From: Squalus acanthias
Lineage: Eukaryota
Direction of reading: 5' to 3'
NCBI GenBank assembly: GCA_030390025.1
Contig: CM059433.1
Span: 5,456,001-5,520,000, forward strand
Length of the DNA stretch: 64,000 nucleotides
The notes under the pieces were generated by a model. It worked only from the letters and a program-made list of their open reading frames with translations, did not search any database and was not told where the DNA came from. The translations under genes and the position numbers were made by a program. Of this stretch, positions 24,458-36,799 are shown piece by piece. Position 1 is the stretch's first letter, and each line of letters starts with the position of its first letter.

Positions 24458-25930
24458 CTGATATTTTCAACAAGCACTCACTTTCTCTTTCTGCAGGACT
24501 AGACCGTACATAATGCCAGGAAGAGGACCAAGACTGGGGTGAGGAGTCACCAACATCATCGGCCTCATCCACGCAGAGCAAGAAGCCTTGGAGGGTACTT
24601 CAGGGTACTGAATTTGGGTGATCAGCCATGATCTCATTGAATGGCGGAGCAGGCTCGAGGGGCTGAATGGCCTACTCCTGCTCCTATTTTCTATGTTTCT
24701 ATGGAGATGAGTGGCCCAGGTAGAACCTTGAGTATTGGGGAAGGAGAAGGTGGCAGCTTAACTCAGCAGACTCAAGCACCCAGAAATCACTGGCCACAAG
24801 CATCTCAAGGGTGCCAACATGAGCAACAGCAGCTTCCACCAGCTTTACTCAGGCCACGAGGGCAGAACCTGACAGGAGTAACAGAGTTATTAAACATTGA
24901 GTGGGAAATGAATGGAAGACAATTATTCTGTTTGCCAGCAAATTAATCACCTTTATCACATTTGGCACTTTGGTCTGCAGTGTGGTTTAATAGCAGCTTT
25001 TGAGTCATTGTCAGAATGTCATTGATGTAGACGTTGTGTGAATGGTTTGAATGTTTTTAATGCAGGATGAAGGGAGTGGTGAAGGACGTATCAAGGACTG
25101 TGAAGCAGAGGGGCTCTGTTAAAGTTTTCAATGCAGGGGAATAAGCAGGCCAATGGAATTGCTGAGCAATGAGATGATCCCTCACATCTCATGCTATAAG
25201 GCATTGAGCTGCCCCCATTTCCGCTTCCTGTCCGTCCCCCTGGTCTTCTTTATCCAATGAGGATTCCTGCTGCTGCTGCTCTGTCTCCTATGAACCCAGA
25301 CCTCTATGTATGGCGAGGCTGTGCAGTGTGCAGCACACCAGTACAATGTGCTGAACACTTTGTGGGGCAAATTGTAGGGAGCCCCTAGACCTCTTGAGAC
25401 ACCTGAATTTCAGCTTCAGCATCCCTATGGTATGCTCAACAATGATCCCGCTGTTCCCCATGCTTTGATTATACCTGTATTGCTCAGGCACAGTGAGGGT
25501 ACGGAGTGGTGTTACGAGCCACATGGGTAGGGGGTACCCCTTGTCTGACAGCAGCCATCCTGCCACGTTCCTGCGATGGTCGAATATTGGGGGATGGTGT
25601 ACTGGCACGGGACAAATGCGTCGTGGCAGCTGCCTAGGTATCTTGCAGAAACTTGTATGATCCTGTTTCTGTGATCGGCCACTAGGCACACATTAATCGA
25701 GTAGTAGCCTTTTCTATTTATGAATGCTGCTGGCTGGTTCTCTGGTGCCCTGATGACAATACGGGACCAGCCAATGAAGTCCAGCCCGCAAGAGAACCCA
25801 GCCACTGCTACACATCCCCAAGATCTCTCCTGTTGACTGTTGAAGTCAATGAGGAAGGTGATGTACTGCTCAGCCTTGGCAAACATGCAGGTGACCTGCT
25901 TAATGCAGCTGTGCACTGCAGACTGGGAGA

Positions 25931-26580
25931 TTTTTTTTAAATTCGTTCCTGGGATGTGGGCGTCGCTGGCAAGGCCAGCATTTATTGCCCATCCCTAATT
26001 GCCCGTGAGAAGGTGGTGGTGAGCCGCCTTCTTGAACCGCTGCAGTCCGTGTGGTGAAGGTACTCCCACAGTGCTGTTAGGGAGGGAGTTCCAGGATTTT
26101 GACCCAGCGACGATGAAGGAACGGCCAATAGTCAGGATGGTGTGTGACTTGGAGGGGAACTTGGAGGTGATTATAGAATCATAGAAATTTACGGCACAGA
26201 AAGAGGCCACTTGGCCCATTGTGTCCGTGCCGGCCGAAAAAGAGCTATCCAGCCAAAAGTTCTGCTCAACTCCCCTCTAATCTTTCTACCAATTGCTTTA
26301 AATCTATGCCCCCCCTGGTTATTGACCTCTCTGCTAAGGGAAATAGGTCCTTCCTATCCACTCTATCTAGGCCCCTCATAATTTTATACACCTCAATTAA
26401 GTCTCCTCTCCGCCTCCTCTCCAAAGAAAACAATGATGGGGATATTCATGGAGCCTCCTCCTCCCGTTAGTTGTTTAATTGTCCACCACCATTCACGACT
26501 GGATGTGGCAGGACTGCAGAGCTTTGGTCTGATCCGTTGGTGGTGGGATCGCTTGGCTCTGTCTACAGCATGCTGCTGTC
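25931..26580 (-). mobile_element. Third-family LINE fragments with a nested CR1 3' piece (~26173-26432)
   Basis: RSFIVAGSKSWNSLP..HHHLL on -; ATAGAATCATAGAA CR1 tail inside; splits the Harbinger transposase. Confidence 0.75.
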
Positions 26581-28096
26581 GGTGTGGCTGACATCCCCTG
26601 TCGCTGGCTGAAAGGAGCCAATGGCGAAGATGCTAAGCATGTCACCTGTGGTCCAGCAGGCAGCAGGTCCTGTTGCAGGAGGCTGCAGACAGACATCTGC
26701 AACAGCCTGCCTGAAGAAGCCTGAGGCACTACCCTTCAGCTAGGTCCAAGAAAGGGACTGCTGGCCTGTACACCCTGTGTGCTGGGTACGGCCTCCTACG
26801 AGCAGCCTTCCTCACATGGTGGCCTCTGATCTGCTGGTGCTGGTTGTTGATGCTGCTGCTGCTTTTCTACCTCCATCAGGCAGAAACTAGCGATAATAGC
26901 ACCCATGTTGAGCACAGAAAGCTTTCTGAGGGTTATAAGAGCAGAAAACGTCGTAAAGAAGTCATTTCCAAGCTGGAAACTCGCCTGGAAAACAAGACAG
27001 CAAAATGATCCTTTGATTGACTGACCTACCGCTGAGTGCCTTCTTATATACAGCTTCAGTGGCTCCGAGTCGTCAATCCTGCCAGATTTTACTGGCGGTA
27101 AGGCGCTGAGCGGGACTTCTATGATTTTGAGATAAAATGCCTTTGGGATCCTAATTGCGTCATTGGACCCTGATTTAAATAAAGTAATGAGGCCAAAGCC
27201 TGCATGTGGCAGGCGCCTTTCATGAAATCAAACACTGCACCGTTATAATGGCGGCAGGTAGTAGCGCATCAGGAAAATAGCAGGAAGCGCGGCCGCCATT
27301 TTAACCATCAGTAAGTACAGTGTACTTACACTGTCGTTCAAAATTAGCAAAATGGCTTTATATGCATCCTTAAGATGCTCAGTCTGACCTTCATATGTTA
27401 GTCACTGCTGATATTGATTTGCTTTATATTTTTGTAAGCAAAATTTAAACTGCAAAGCATTACAGTTCCTTCAGTAATTTTTGTTTTACAACCAATGTGA
27501 TTGTCATGAGCTCTCCATGGCCACACTGGAGATTAATGTCACAACAGTTCTTAGCTATTCTCATTGACTGAAAATGTACTGAAACCTCATCACAAATGCT
27601 ACCTTTGGACCAGGTGACAATTTCATGGCTTTACAGTTCATAGAAATGAGAGCCACAAAACATTTAACAACTTTTTTTCTGATTTATAGACCGACATTTA
27701 CATGGTGAAATGTGTTAGCTTCAATTAATCTGACTTTTCAACAGTTTAACCTTTAAGACACATCAGTGAGAGATGAATTATATTCATAACAATCAATCAC
27801 GGTGAGTGGGAAAAAAGACAGTTTGACTAATTGCTTTACAGTGCAGTTAATAAGATAATTCTATTAGTTCTAATACCTCTTTGATACATACCATGAAGTC
27901 AGTTATATAAGCTGCACCTTCAGAAAGGTTTTGAAGAGCTTGGGAATGTGACTGATGCACAATAAGATTGCTCTTTCACCACTCCACTATGAGCATAACA
28001 GTTAGAAGTGTTATTTAACACCAAGGCGACATATACACTGATTTTACTATTAATTAATTCAGTGATATGTGTATGAACAGCTGCATGTTATAAGTG

Positions 28097-28353
28097 CAGA
28101 CGGCAGCATTTGACACGTTGGACCCCCTGTGACCCACCTCATTGTCTTAGCTGTGCTCTGATGTGTCTTTGATGTAATGCCTCCCTAACAGATTGTATCT
28201 CTGCAGACACATTGTTCTCTGTGTATATATACGGTGTAATCGATTTGTATTCCCTCACTGTTCCTGTACCTGAAGAAGGAGCGGAGCTCCGAAAGCTCGT
28301 AATTTTAAATAAAACTGTTGGACTATAACCTGGTGTTGTGCGACTTCTCATTT
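28097..28353 (+). mobile_element. Short hammerhead-bearing retroelement (Penelope-type family 2) with 12-bp TSD
   Basis: ATGTTATAAGTG at 28085-28096 and 28354-28365; 3' ~85 bp shared with 54733-54820. Penelope assignment is inferred from the ribozyme type. Confidence 0.8.
28267..28301 (+). ncRNA. Minimal type I hammerhead ribozyme
   Basis: TAC CTGAAGA A GGAGC GGA GCTCC GAAA GC TC GTA: stem I TAC/GTA, intact CUGANGA and GAAA core, perfect 5-bp stem II, palindromic AGCU stem III, predicted cut after C28298. Confidence 0.82.
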
Positions 28354-28527
28354 ATGTTATAAGTGGACAGAGATTTCAGAGGGGAACTTTATTCGTTCAT
28401 TTTCATTTCTTATCTTGTGTTACTTTGGAGAAAGGTGTTACTGCAAATTCCAGATATACTTCAATCATTTCTTTACCCTTTGTCATGATAAAAAGTTAAT
28501 GGTTTATCTCATATAATACCTAACTCA

Positions 28528-28660
28528 TACCTAACAGCACTGTGGGCGTACCTTCACCACACGGACTGCAGCGGTTCAAGAAGGCGGCTCACCACCACCT
28601 TCTCGAGGGCAGTTAGGGATGGGCAATAAAGGCCCACATCCTGTGAATGAATAGAAAAAT
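28528..28660 (+). mobile_element. Third-family LINE 3' tail
   Basis: CCTAACAGCACTGTGGG..GGCTCACCACCACCTTCTC..GGGATGGGCAATAAA as at 19655-19800. Confidence 0.85.
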
Positions 28661-29366
28661 ATAAAGTTCAATGTTTCTTGTTAACGGTTTTTATGGCTCC
28701 ACTCAGTCCTCAGGCTATATATTTTGAGATTGAATTGATGATTAGTTCTTTTCTTATAAGATTTTTATTAGCATGGTGATGATAGAGGTTCACTCATAAT
28801 GGGTTTATTTTTGACTGAGGTTGTATTTCAACAGTAAATATACTGTAAAATCCAATTCATGTGTTGATGCTGGTGAATTGTTTATTACATTGTCCATTAT
28901 GGGAAATGCTAGCAAATTGTATCGAAAACTAATTACATATAAAGGCTAGATTTTCCACCCATTGCCTTTTAAGAGGCAGAAAATACAGCACTCTCGTTCA
29001 CTGCTTGTCATCTTCTGATGGAAGACCATTCCTCACCAATCCGTCTGGTGACCCTCTGGACACACATTTATTCCACATCCCAGAATTCACTATCAACCTA
29101 TTTTATAGCTCAGTGACATTAATTGTTTAACATTTGCATTATTTGAAATATGTGAATTTTATGCCTAATCTGGATTACTTTTGGTTGGCCTGTCCCTCTA
29201 AACTTACTTGTTACGCATATATCGAGGTCTCATTCTAGTTTATTGACTAGGAGTTCAGTCACTGGTGTTTTAGTGTTGTGTATTCATCCATGTTCCCTAG
29301 CATACACTGCAGTCGAATGACTCATTTCCTTCATAGTCTGTGAGATTATTAGGACTGAGATGAGAA

Positions 29367-29520
29367 GGTAGAAATTTGTATTGGGTGGTAGCATAAAATT
29401 GGCAGTGTTGCATAGTCTGCCCATTATATGACCCGCCTGATATTCAGTTCCATTGATTTCAATGGGACTGAATATTGGGCAGACCGTATAACAGGCGACC
29501 CATGCGATTCCGCCCACGTT
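29367..29520. repeat. Palindromic MITE-like remnant; a CR1 tail follows to ~29782
   Basis: ATATTCAGTTCCATTGA TT TCAATGGGACTGAATAT dyad with imperfect outer arms; left end GGTAGAAATT is Harbinger-like. Confidence 0.65.
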
Positions 29521-30678
29521 AAAATTAGAACTAGGCCTTAAATCAGGAAGCACTTTTTCACACAAAAGGTAGTGGAAATATGGAACTCTCCAAAAAGTTG
29601 TGGATGTGGGTCAATTGAAATTTTCAAGATGGAGTTTTATAGATCTTTGTTCGGTAAGAGTATCAAGGGATATGTATCAAAGGTGGGTGAATGGAGTTGA
29701 GGTGCATATCAGCCATGATTCAATTAAGAGGCGGAACAGGCTCGAGGGGCTGAATGGCCTACTCCTGTTCCTATGTTCCTACATGGACTGCCTTCCAGGT
29801 AAAGTAATGGAGGAAAATCATTTAAGACCTGGAACAGTTGGATGCTATGATGAATTGTAGGCTCTTGCTGGATGCATAAGTTAAGATGGGCCAAATGGTC
29901 TTCCTCGTCTATGTTTATTTTGTGATGCTAAGTATGACAGATGTAAAGGTTAACTTGTCATTCCCTCACTTCATTTACTAGAGTGTGGAGAGTATTGCTG
30001 CTAAATCGTAGTTTCCTTTGGTCTCATCACTGTTCCAATACAAACAATGTTTTTAATTGCACTGATGGATTATCAGAAAATGCCTTATACTGTTTAAGAA
30101 ACTTGTTAGCTCACTAATAAGTGAATCAGTGGCATTATGCAGGGCTGTTCTGATTTTTTTCATTTGCTGTGCATGTGTTGTAATGAACCTTGCTATAACA
30201 AGAAGAGGATAGTTAGGGAGGAATTTAAAACCCAATGGAGTTGAACATAAGTTAACATGCTAATGTCTATGTGGAGGTTTTATCAGGGAGAACATATATG
30301 ATCCAATGCCAAACACGGGTGCTCTGAGACATTGATGTCAATAAAGTAGAGATTCTAGATAGGCTTTATGGGCTGAAAACCTATAAAGGCCCCAAAGGAT
30401 GAAGTATTCCCCAGGAGACTTAAGACATGGAAGGAGATTTCAGAAGCACCAACAGGCATTTTGAGGGAATCAATGAATACTGGGGAGATGCCATTTGAAT
30501 TCTGTAAGTTTCCATATTCAGTAAGGGCTACAGGCCAATTAGCCTGACCTCAATAGCTGGAAACCTAATGGAATCAATAATCAGAAAGTGGAAGAGTACC
30601 TGTATGAAAATAACGTAATAAACGACAGCTGCCACAGATTGGATCTTGCTCGACTCACCTCTTTGATGGAACTCATTA

Positions 30679-31322
30679 GGGGAAAATTAGCCCCCCAAGG
30701 ACGGGTGGGTGGGATGGTAAAAAATTTTTAATTCTCAAACCCGACCCCAACCCGCCTCCAACTCGGCCCACTCGGCGGATCAGGGGAGCAGGCGACCAAC
30801 CCGCTCTCAGGAGATGGGCCAGTCATTAAAATATTTTAAGGAGGCTGCGTGTCTCCATTTTAACTGAAATTTAATTTTTAAATACATGGAGGCCGGGTTT
30901 CCCAGGCCTCAGGCATCCCGGTAGGTAAAAGGAGGAGAGAAGGGCTGGATCCATGAAGTAAGTGCCTTTATTACACTGCCTGTGGCCCAGAAGGAGGAGG
31001 GTCTCCAGCCCCCTACGATCGGCTGACTCCCTGCGATATCCGAATCCCCCCGCGATGTCTGACCCTCCCTGTAATGTCAGACACACCCCCTGTCCCCGTG
31101 ATGCTAGACTTACCTGACATCCACTCCCTGGCTGCTTTCCAGCCCAACAGCCTTTCTATCTGTATGGCTGTCGGGCGGGAAACCTGTTCAAAAAATTAAA
31201 AAGACGGCCTGCCTTTAAATTCAGCAGGACGTGTGGGAGACCCTTAATTCCGGGTTTCCCATTCGAAAATCCTCGCCCCGCCCCTAGCTCTCTTCCTGGC
31301 TCCGAGTAAATGATCAGAGCCA
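30679..31322 (-). mobile_element. Harbinger-type MITE, same family as 55568 and 56355, opposite orientation
   Basis: GGGGAAAATTAGCCCCCCAA..AACCCGACCCCAACCCGCCTCCAAC mirrors the right ends of those two MITEs; sits in an old CR1. Confidence 0.7.
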
Positions 31323-31540
31323 TTCTGTTCTTGTTATACATAAATGACCGGCAATTGCAGTCTCAATGCAAAGCACATAAATTCATAGATGACACAAGGC
31401 TAGAGAGCAATGTGGACTCATAGAAGCAAAATGCTAGAGGGAGCTCAACAGGGATTGTATCTGGACTGATCGGTGGCAAAATGAAATTCAGTATGGACAA
31501 ATGCAAGGTACTGCATGTTAGAAGTAAAAATACTCCATGA

Positions 31541-34500
31541 GTGGGATTGAACTTGCCAAGGGGGAATCGCAGGTTCCTGAAGCCTAAAGGTTGAGGGCAG
31601 CAGTGACTTTGCTGCTACTACAACATCTTGCTCACCAACCAGTATTCGGTGCTGAGTACTGGTGAGGGCGATGGTTCCTCTGGGGAGTGCAGCCAGAGCC
31701 AAGTCCACAGCACCATGGAAGGCTCAGCTGCACAGGCGGGGGGGGGGGGGGGGGGGGGGGAAGAGGAGAGGGAGAGCAATAGTGATAGGGGATTTGATAG
31801 TTAGGGGAGCAGACAGGCGTTTCTGCGGCCGCAGACGTGACTCCAGGATGGTATGTTGTCTCCCTGGTTCCAGGGTCAAGGATATCACTGAACGGCTGCA
31901 GGGCATTCTGAGGGGGGAGGGTGAACAGCCAGAGGTCGTGGTCCATATCGGTACCAACGACATAGGTAGGAAGAGGGATGAGATCCTGCAGGCAGAGTTT
32001 AGGGAGCTAGGAAAGAGGTTAAAAAGCAGGACCTCAAAGGTAGTAATCTCTACCAGTGCTACGTGCTAGTGAGTACAGAAATAGGAAGATAGAGCAGATG
32101 AATGTGTGGCTGGAAAGATGGTGTAGGAGGGAGGGCTTTAGATTCCTGAGGAATTGGAACCTTTGCTGGGGGAGGTGGGACCTCTACAAGCCAGACGGGT
32201 TGCATCTCAATGGGAACGGGACCAATATCCTCGCAGGAGGGTTTGCTAGTGCTGTTGGGGAGGGCTAAACTAGCTTGGCAGGGGGATGGGAGCCTAAGTT
32301 TAGAGTCAATAGGGAGGGAAGAAAAACTGGAATTGGAAAACAAAAACGTAGAAAATAAATTGGAAGGACAGAGGAATCAAGGGTTAGATAGTAGTCAACA
32401 AGGAGGTTTGCCTGTACTAAATGGTATATACTTCAATGCAAGGAGTATAGCGAACAAGGCAGATGAGCTGAGGGCACAGGTAGATACTTGGGACTATGAT
32501 ATTATAGCTATTACAGAGATGTGGCTGAAAGAGGGGCAGGTATGGCAGGTCAACATTCCTGGTTACAGGATTTTCAGACGAGATAGAGAGGGAGGTAAAA
32601 AGGGAGGGGGGGGTCGCGGTATTGATTAAAGAAACTATTACAGCTGTGAGGAGGGATGATATGTTGGAGGGATCATCAAATGAGGCCATATGGGTCAAAT
32701 TGAAAAACAAAAAAGGGGCGATCACACTGCTGGGAGTGTACTACAGACCCCCAAACAGTGAGAGGGAGATAGAAGAACAAATATGTAGACAAATTTCTGA
32801 GAAGTGCAAAAACTATAGGGCAGTAATATTAGGGAATTTCAACTACCCCAATATTAACTGGGATAAAATTAGTGTGAAGGGTATAGAGGGTGCGGAATTC
32901 CTAAAATGCGTCCAGGAGAACTTTTTTAGCCAGTATGTAGCAAGCCCAACAAGGGAGGGGGCGGTTCTGGACTTAGTTTTAGGGAATGAAGCTGGGCAGG
33001 TAGAAGGCATATCAGTGGGGGAGCATTTTGGTGCTAGTGACGATAATTCTGTTAGATTCAAGGTAGTTATGGAAAAGGACAAGGATAGACCAGGAATAAA
33101 AATTCTAAATTGGGGAAAAGCAAATTTTGCTCAGCTCAGAGGGGATTTAGCCATAGTGGACTGGAAACAGCTACTTGAAGGTAAATCAGTGTCAGAGCAG
33201 TGGGAGGCATTCAAGGGGGAGATCCGGAGGGTTCAGACCAAATATATGCCCTTAAAGAAAAAAGGTGGGACTAACAAATCTAGAGCCCCCCTGGATGTCT
33301 AGAGACATACAGGGTAGGATAAATACCGAGGGCTAAATACTCCAGAATCTTTAGTGGAGTACAGAAAGTGCAGGGGTGCAATTAAAAAGAATATTAGGAA
33401 AGCAAAGAGAGAACATGAAAAATTCTTGGCAAGTAAAATCAAGGAAAACCCAAAGATGTTTTATAAATATATTAAGAGTAAGAGGATAACTAAAGAAAGG
33501 GTAGGGCCTATTAGAGATCATGAGGGTAATCTGTGTGTGGAGGCGGGAGACGTCGGTAGGGTTCTTAATGAATACTTTGCGTCTGTTTTCACAAAGGAGT
33601 GGGGCAAAGCAGCCATTGCTATCATGGGGGAGGAGTGTGAAATATTAGAGGAAATAAACATAGTGAGAGAGGAAATAGCAGAGGCCCTGACCATCATTTT
33701 TCAATCCTCTCTGACTTCAGGTGTGGTGCCGGAGGACTGGAGGATTGCTAATGTGGTACCCTTGTTTAAAAAGGGAGAAAGGGATAGACCGAGTAATTAC
33801 AGGCCAGTCAGCCTAACCTCGGTGGTGGGAAAATTAGTGAAAAGAATTCTGAAGGACAGGATAAATCTTCATTTCGAAAGACACGGATTTGTTCAGGGAA
33901 CGTCGTGTCTGACAAACTTGATTGAATTTTTTGAAGAGGTAACAAGGAGGGTAGATGAGGGCAGTGCGTTTGATGTAGTGTATATGGACTTTAGCAAGGC
34001 TTTTGATAAGGTTTCACATGGCAGACTGGTCACGAAGTTAAAAGCCCATGGGATCCAGGGCAAAGTGTCAAGTTGGATTCAAAACTGGCTCGGAGACAGG
34101 AAGCAGAGGGTAATGGTTGATGGGTGTTTTTGTGACTGGAAGGCTGTTTCCAGTGGGGTTCTGCAGGGCTCAGTACTAGGTCCCTTGCTTTTTGTGGTAT
34201 ATATCAATGATCTAGACTTGAATATAGGGGGTATGATTAAGAAGTTTGCAGATGATACTAAAATCGGTTGTGTGGTTGATACTGAAGGAGGAAGCTTTAG
34301 ACTGCAGGAAGATAACAATACATTGGTCAGGTGGGCAGAAGAGTGGCAAATGGAATTCAATCCGGAGAAGTGTGAGGTCATGCATTTGGGGAGGGCTAAC
34401 AAGGAAAGGGAATACACATTAAATGGTAGGACACTGAGTAGTGTAGAGGAACAAAGGGACCTTGGAGTGCATGTCCACAGATCCCTGAAGGTAGCAGGCC

Positions 34501-35159
34501 AGGTAGATATGGTGGTTAAGAAGGCATACTGAATGCTTGCCTTTATTAGCCGTGGCATATAATACAAGAGCAGAGGGGTTATGCTTCAACTGTATAAAAC
34601 ACTAGTTAGGCCTCAGCTAGAGTACTGCGTGCAGTTCTGGTCACCACATTACAGGAAAGATGTGATTGCACTAGAGACGGTACAGAGGAGATTTACAAGG
34701 ATGTTGCCGGGAGTAGAGAATCTTAGCTATGAGGAAAGACTGGATAAGCTGGGTCTGTTTTCCTTGGAACAGAGGAGGCTGAAGGGAGACCTTATTGAGG
34801 TGTATAAAATTATGAGGGGCATGGATAAAGTGGATAGAAAGGACCTATTTCCCTTAGCAAAGGGGTCAAAAACTAGGGGGCACAGATTTAAAGTAATTGG
34901 TGGAAGGTTTAGAGGGGATTTGAGGGGAAATTTCTTCACCCAGAGGGTTGTGGGGGTCTGGAACTCACTACCTGAAAGGGTGGTAGATGCAGGAACCCTA
35001 ACCACATTTAAAAAGTACTTGGATGTGCACTTGGGATGCTGTAACCTGCGGACCAAGAGCTGGGAAGTGGGATTAGGCTGGATAGCTGTTTGTTGGCCGG
35101 CGCAGACACGATGGGCCGAAATGGCCTCCTTCCATGCTGTAACTTTCTATGATTCTATG
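31541..35159 (+). mobile_element. Near full-length CR1 LINE (SGNH esterase, APE, RT), inactivated
   Basis: VIGDLIVRG..CLPGSRV..VHIGTND and DGLHLN (31662-32268); YFNARS, AITEMWL, YYRPP, GNFNYP, LDLVL (32420-33100); RT 33354-34532 (KFADDTK); C-terminus to ~35040; tail TTCTATGATTCTATGA. Frameshifts and stops present. Confidence 0.95.
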
Positions 35160-35585
35160 AAAAATAGTTGACTCTCTGCTGGTCATTGCGACCCAGGCAA
35201 CATACCTTAATTAGAGCCTTCCTGGCCAACCTAAGCCTCGTCATGTTCAGCTCATAGGTCATGCCCAGATAGCTGATGCTATGTAATCCCACTGCCTGGG
35301 TTAGCATCTGCTGAGAGGTGCATGCCCCTAGTACTCTGAGGCTGCACTCTCTTCCAATTCCTCTCCTCTTGTTATGCTTCATTGTGATATTCTGCCAATG
35401 ACTACTGCACACATACTCTCACAGGCAGAAAACTCCACTTACTTCTCATTTCTTTCAGCGCTGTGGCATTGTTTCCAAATCTTCCCTTCATTAAACTTAC
35501 CTGACCTGGAGTAAAGTATTAATTTTTGACTTGGCTGAACACTGCAAAGTGTTGCGAGTTCCTGATTACTGATCTTAATAAGCAA

Positions 35586-35792
35586 TAGCAAAATACTGCG
35601 GATGCTGGAAAACTGAAATAACAACAGAAAGCGCTGGAAAAACTCAGCAGGCCAGGCAACATCTGTGGAGAGAGAAACAGAGTTAACGTTTCAGGTTTCT
35701 GATGAAGGGTCTTCGACCTGAAACGTTAACTCTGTTTCTCTCTCCACGGATGTTGCCTGGCCTGCTGAGTTTTTCCAGCGCTTTCTGTTGTT
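35586..35792. mobile_element. Penelope pLTR-only hairpin insertion with 14-bp TSD
   Basis: ATCTTAATAAGCAA at 35572-35585 and 35793-35806; 79-bp inverted arms 35618-35696 / 35716-35794 with one mismatch; 19-nt loop. Confidence 0.92.
35697..35729 (+). ncRNA. Minimal hammerhead motif spanning the hairpin loop and right arm
   Basis: TT CTGATGA A GGGTC TTC GACCT GAAACGTT AA; canonical core, stem I cut to 2 bp by the inversion junction. Confidence 0.72.
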
Positions 35793-36519
35793 ATCTTAAT
35801 AAGCAACATTTGTTTGTTCTTTCTCTCACCTTCCATTAATGTCTTTTATTCAGTTTTCAAGGTGGGGTAGGAATCCTCAAACCAACATTAAACACTGTTA
35901 GCACTTGTAGATTTTTATTCACGTTTGGTTTTTCAGTAAAATGAGCAAAGTCAGAGAGAATGAAGAACTTGAGTGAGCCATGAAGAAATAAAAACAAATC
36001 AGTTCTATGTATGAGGAAACAGAAGTCTGGAAGAGGCAAATAATAGAATATTAAAACACCACATCAAATAATTTGTGTAAAAGAGAAAATAGTATGGAAG
36101 TGTTATACTTAAATATAATATAAACTGGGGAAATTGACAATTCAGTTGAAGACAAAAATTGAAGTATTAGAAGTATCTGGGACATGAGTTCAAATCCAGC
36201 CTCGGGTGGATTATGGGACAACTGTAAGAATCTATGGGGATTGGACCCAAAAACGGCCGCGGGGAGCGGGAAACGCGATCTGCCTGCGCCCATTCAAAGT
36301 GGTGCAGGCAGCACGCAAAATTCGTGCTGCCTGCTCATTACCATGATTGGAGAGCTGAGCTCAGCGCTAAACGCGCTGCTGGTTGGCTCAGCGCTCGGGG
36401 GGTGGGGGCAAAGTCGGCTGCAGTCTACTGGCCAATAAAATTTTGCCTAGGCTCTCTGCACTTCTTAAAGGGGAGAGGCTTTGTTGCAGAAGCCCCTCAT
36501 TGTCACTCTGGATGCAGCC

Positions 36520-36759
36520 ATGTCGCAACAGGGAAGAGAAAGGGCAAAGTGCTTCTCAGATGCAGCACTGGAGGCCTTGGTCCTGGGGGTACACAGAAGA
36601 AGACAGGTCCTCTACCCGCAGGGGGGCAGGGGGCCTTCCTGACAGAACGCCAGAAGGCAGTGGGAGGAGATAGCCCAAGCCGTCAGTGCCACGTGTGTTG
36701 CCCCCGGGACCTGGATCCAGTGCCGCAAGAGGTTTAATGACCTCACATGAGTGGTCAAG
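36520..36759 (+). pseudogene. Harbinger Myb/SANT-like DNA-binding protein, exon 1
   Basis: MSQQGRERAKCFSDAALEALV..RRQVLYP..QWEEIAQAVSA..TWIQCRKRFNDL followed by AAG|GTGAGT; internal stops. Confidence 0.85.
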
Positions 36760-36799
36760 GTGAGTGAATGCATCTTCAAATGCCATTATCCCACCAACT

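Larger units (their letters stand above)
23110..27350 (-). mobile_element. Old Harbinger element (Myb/SANT +, transposase -) with nested SINE and LINE fragments
   Basis: + SDAYLEVLVDKVRTRREVLF..KQAW.ELA (~23435-23640, GTAAGT donor); - RKGYYSINV, ARYLGSCHD, WLLSDKGYP, IVEHTIGMLKLKFRCL, CCTLH (25288-25916). Ends approximate. Confidence 0.8.
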
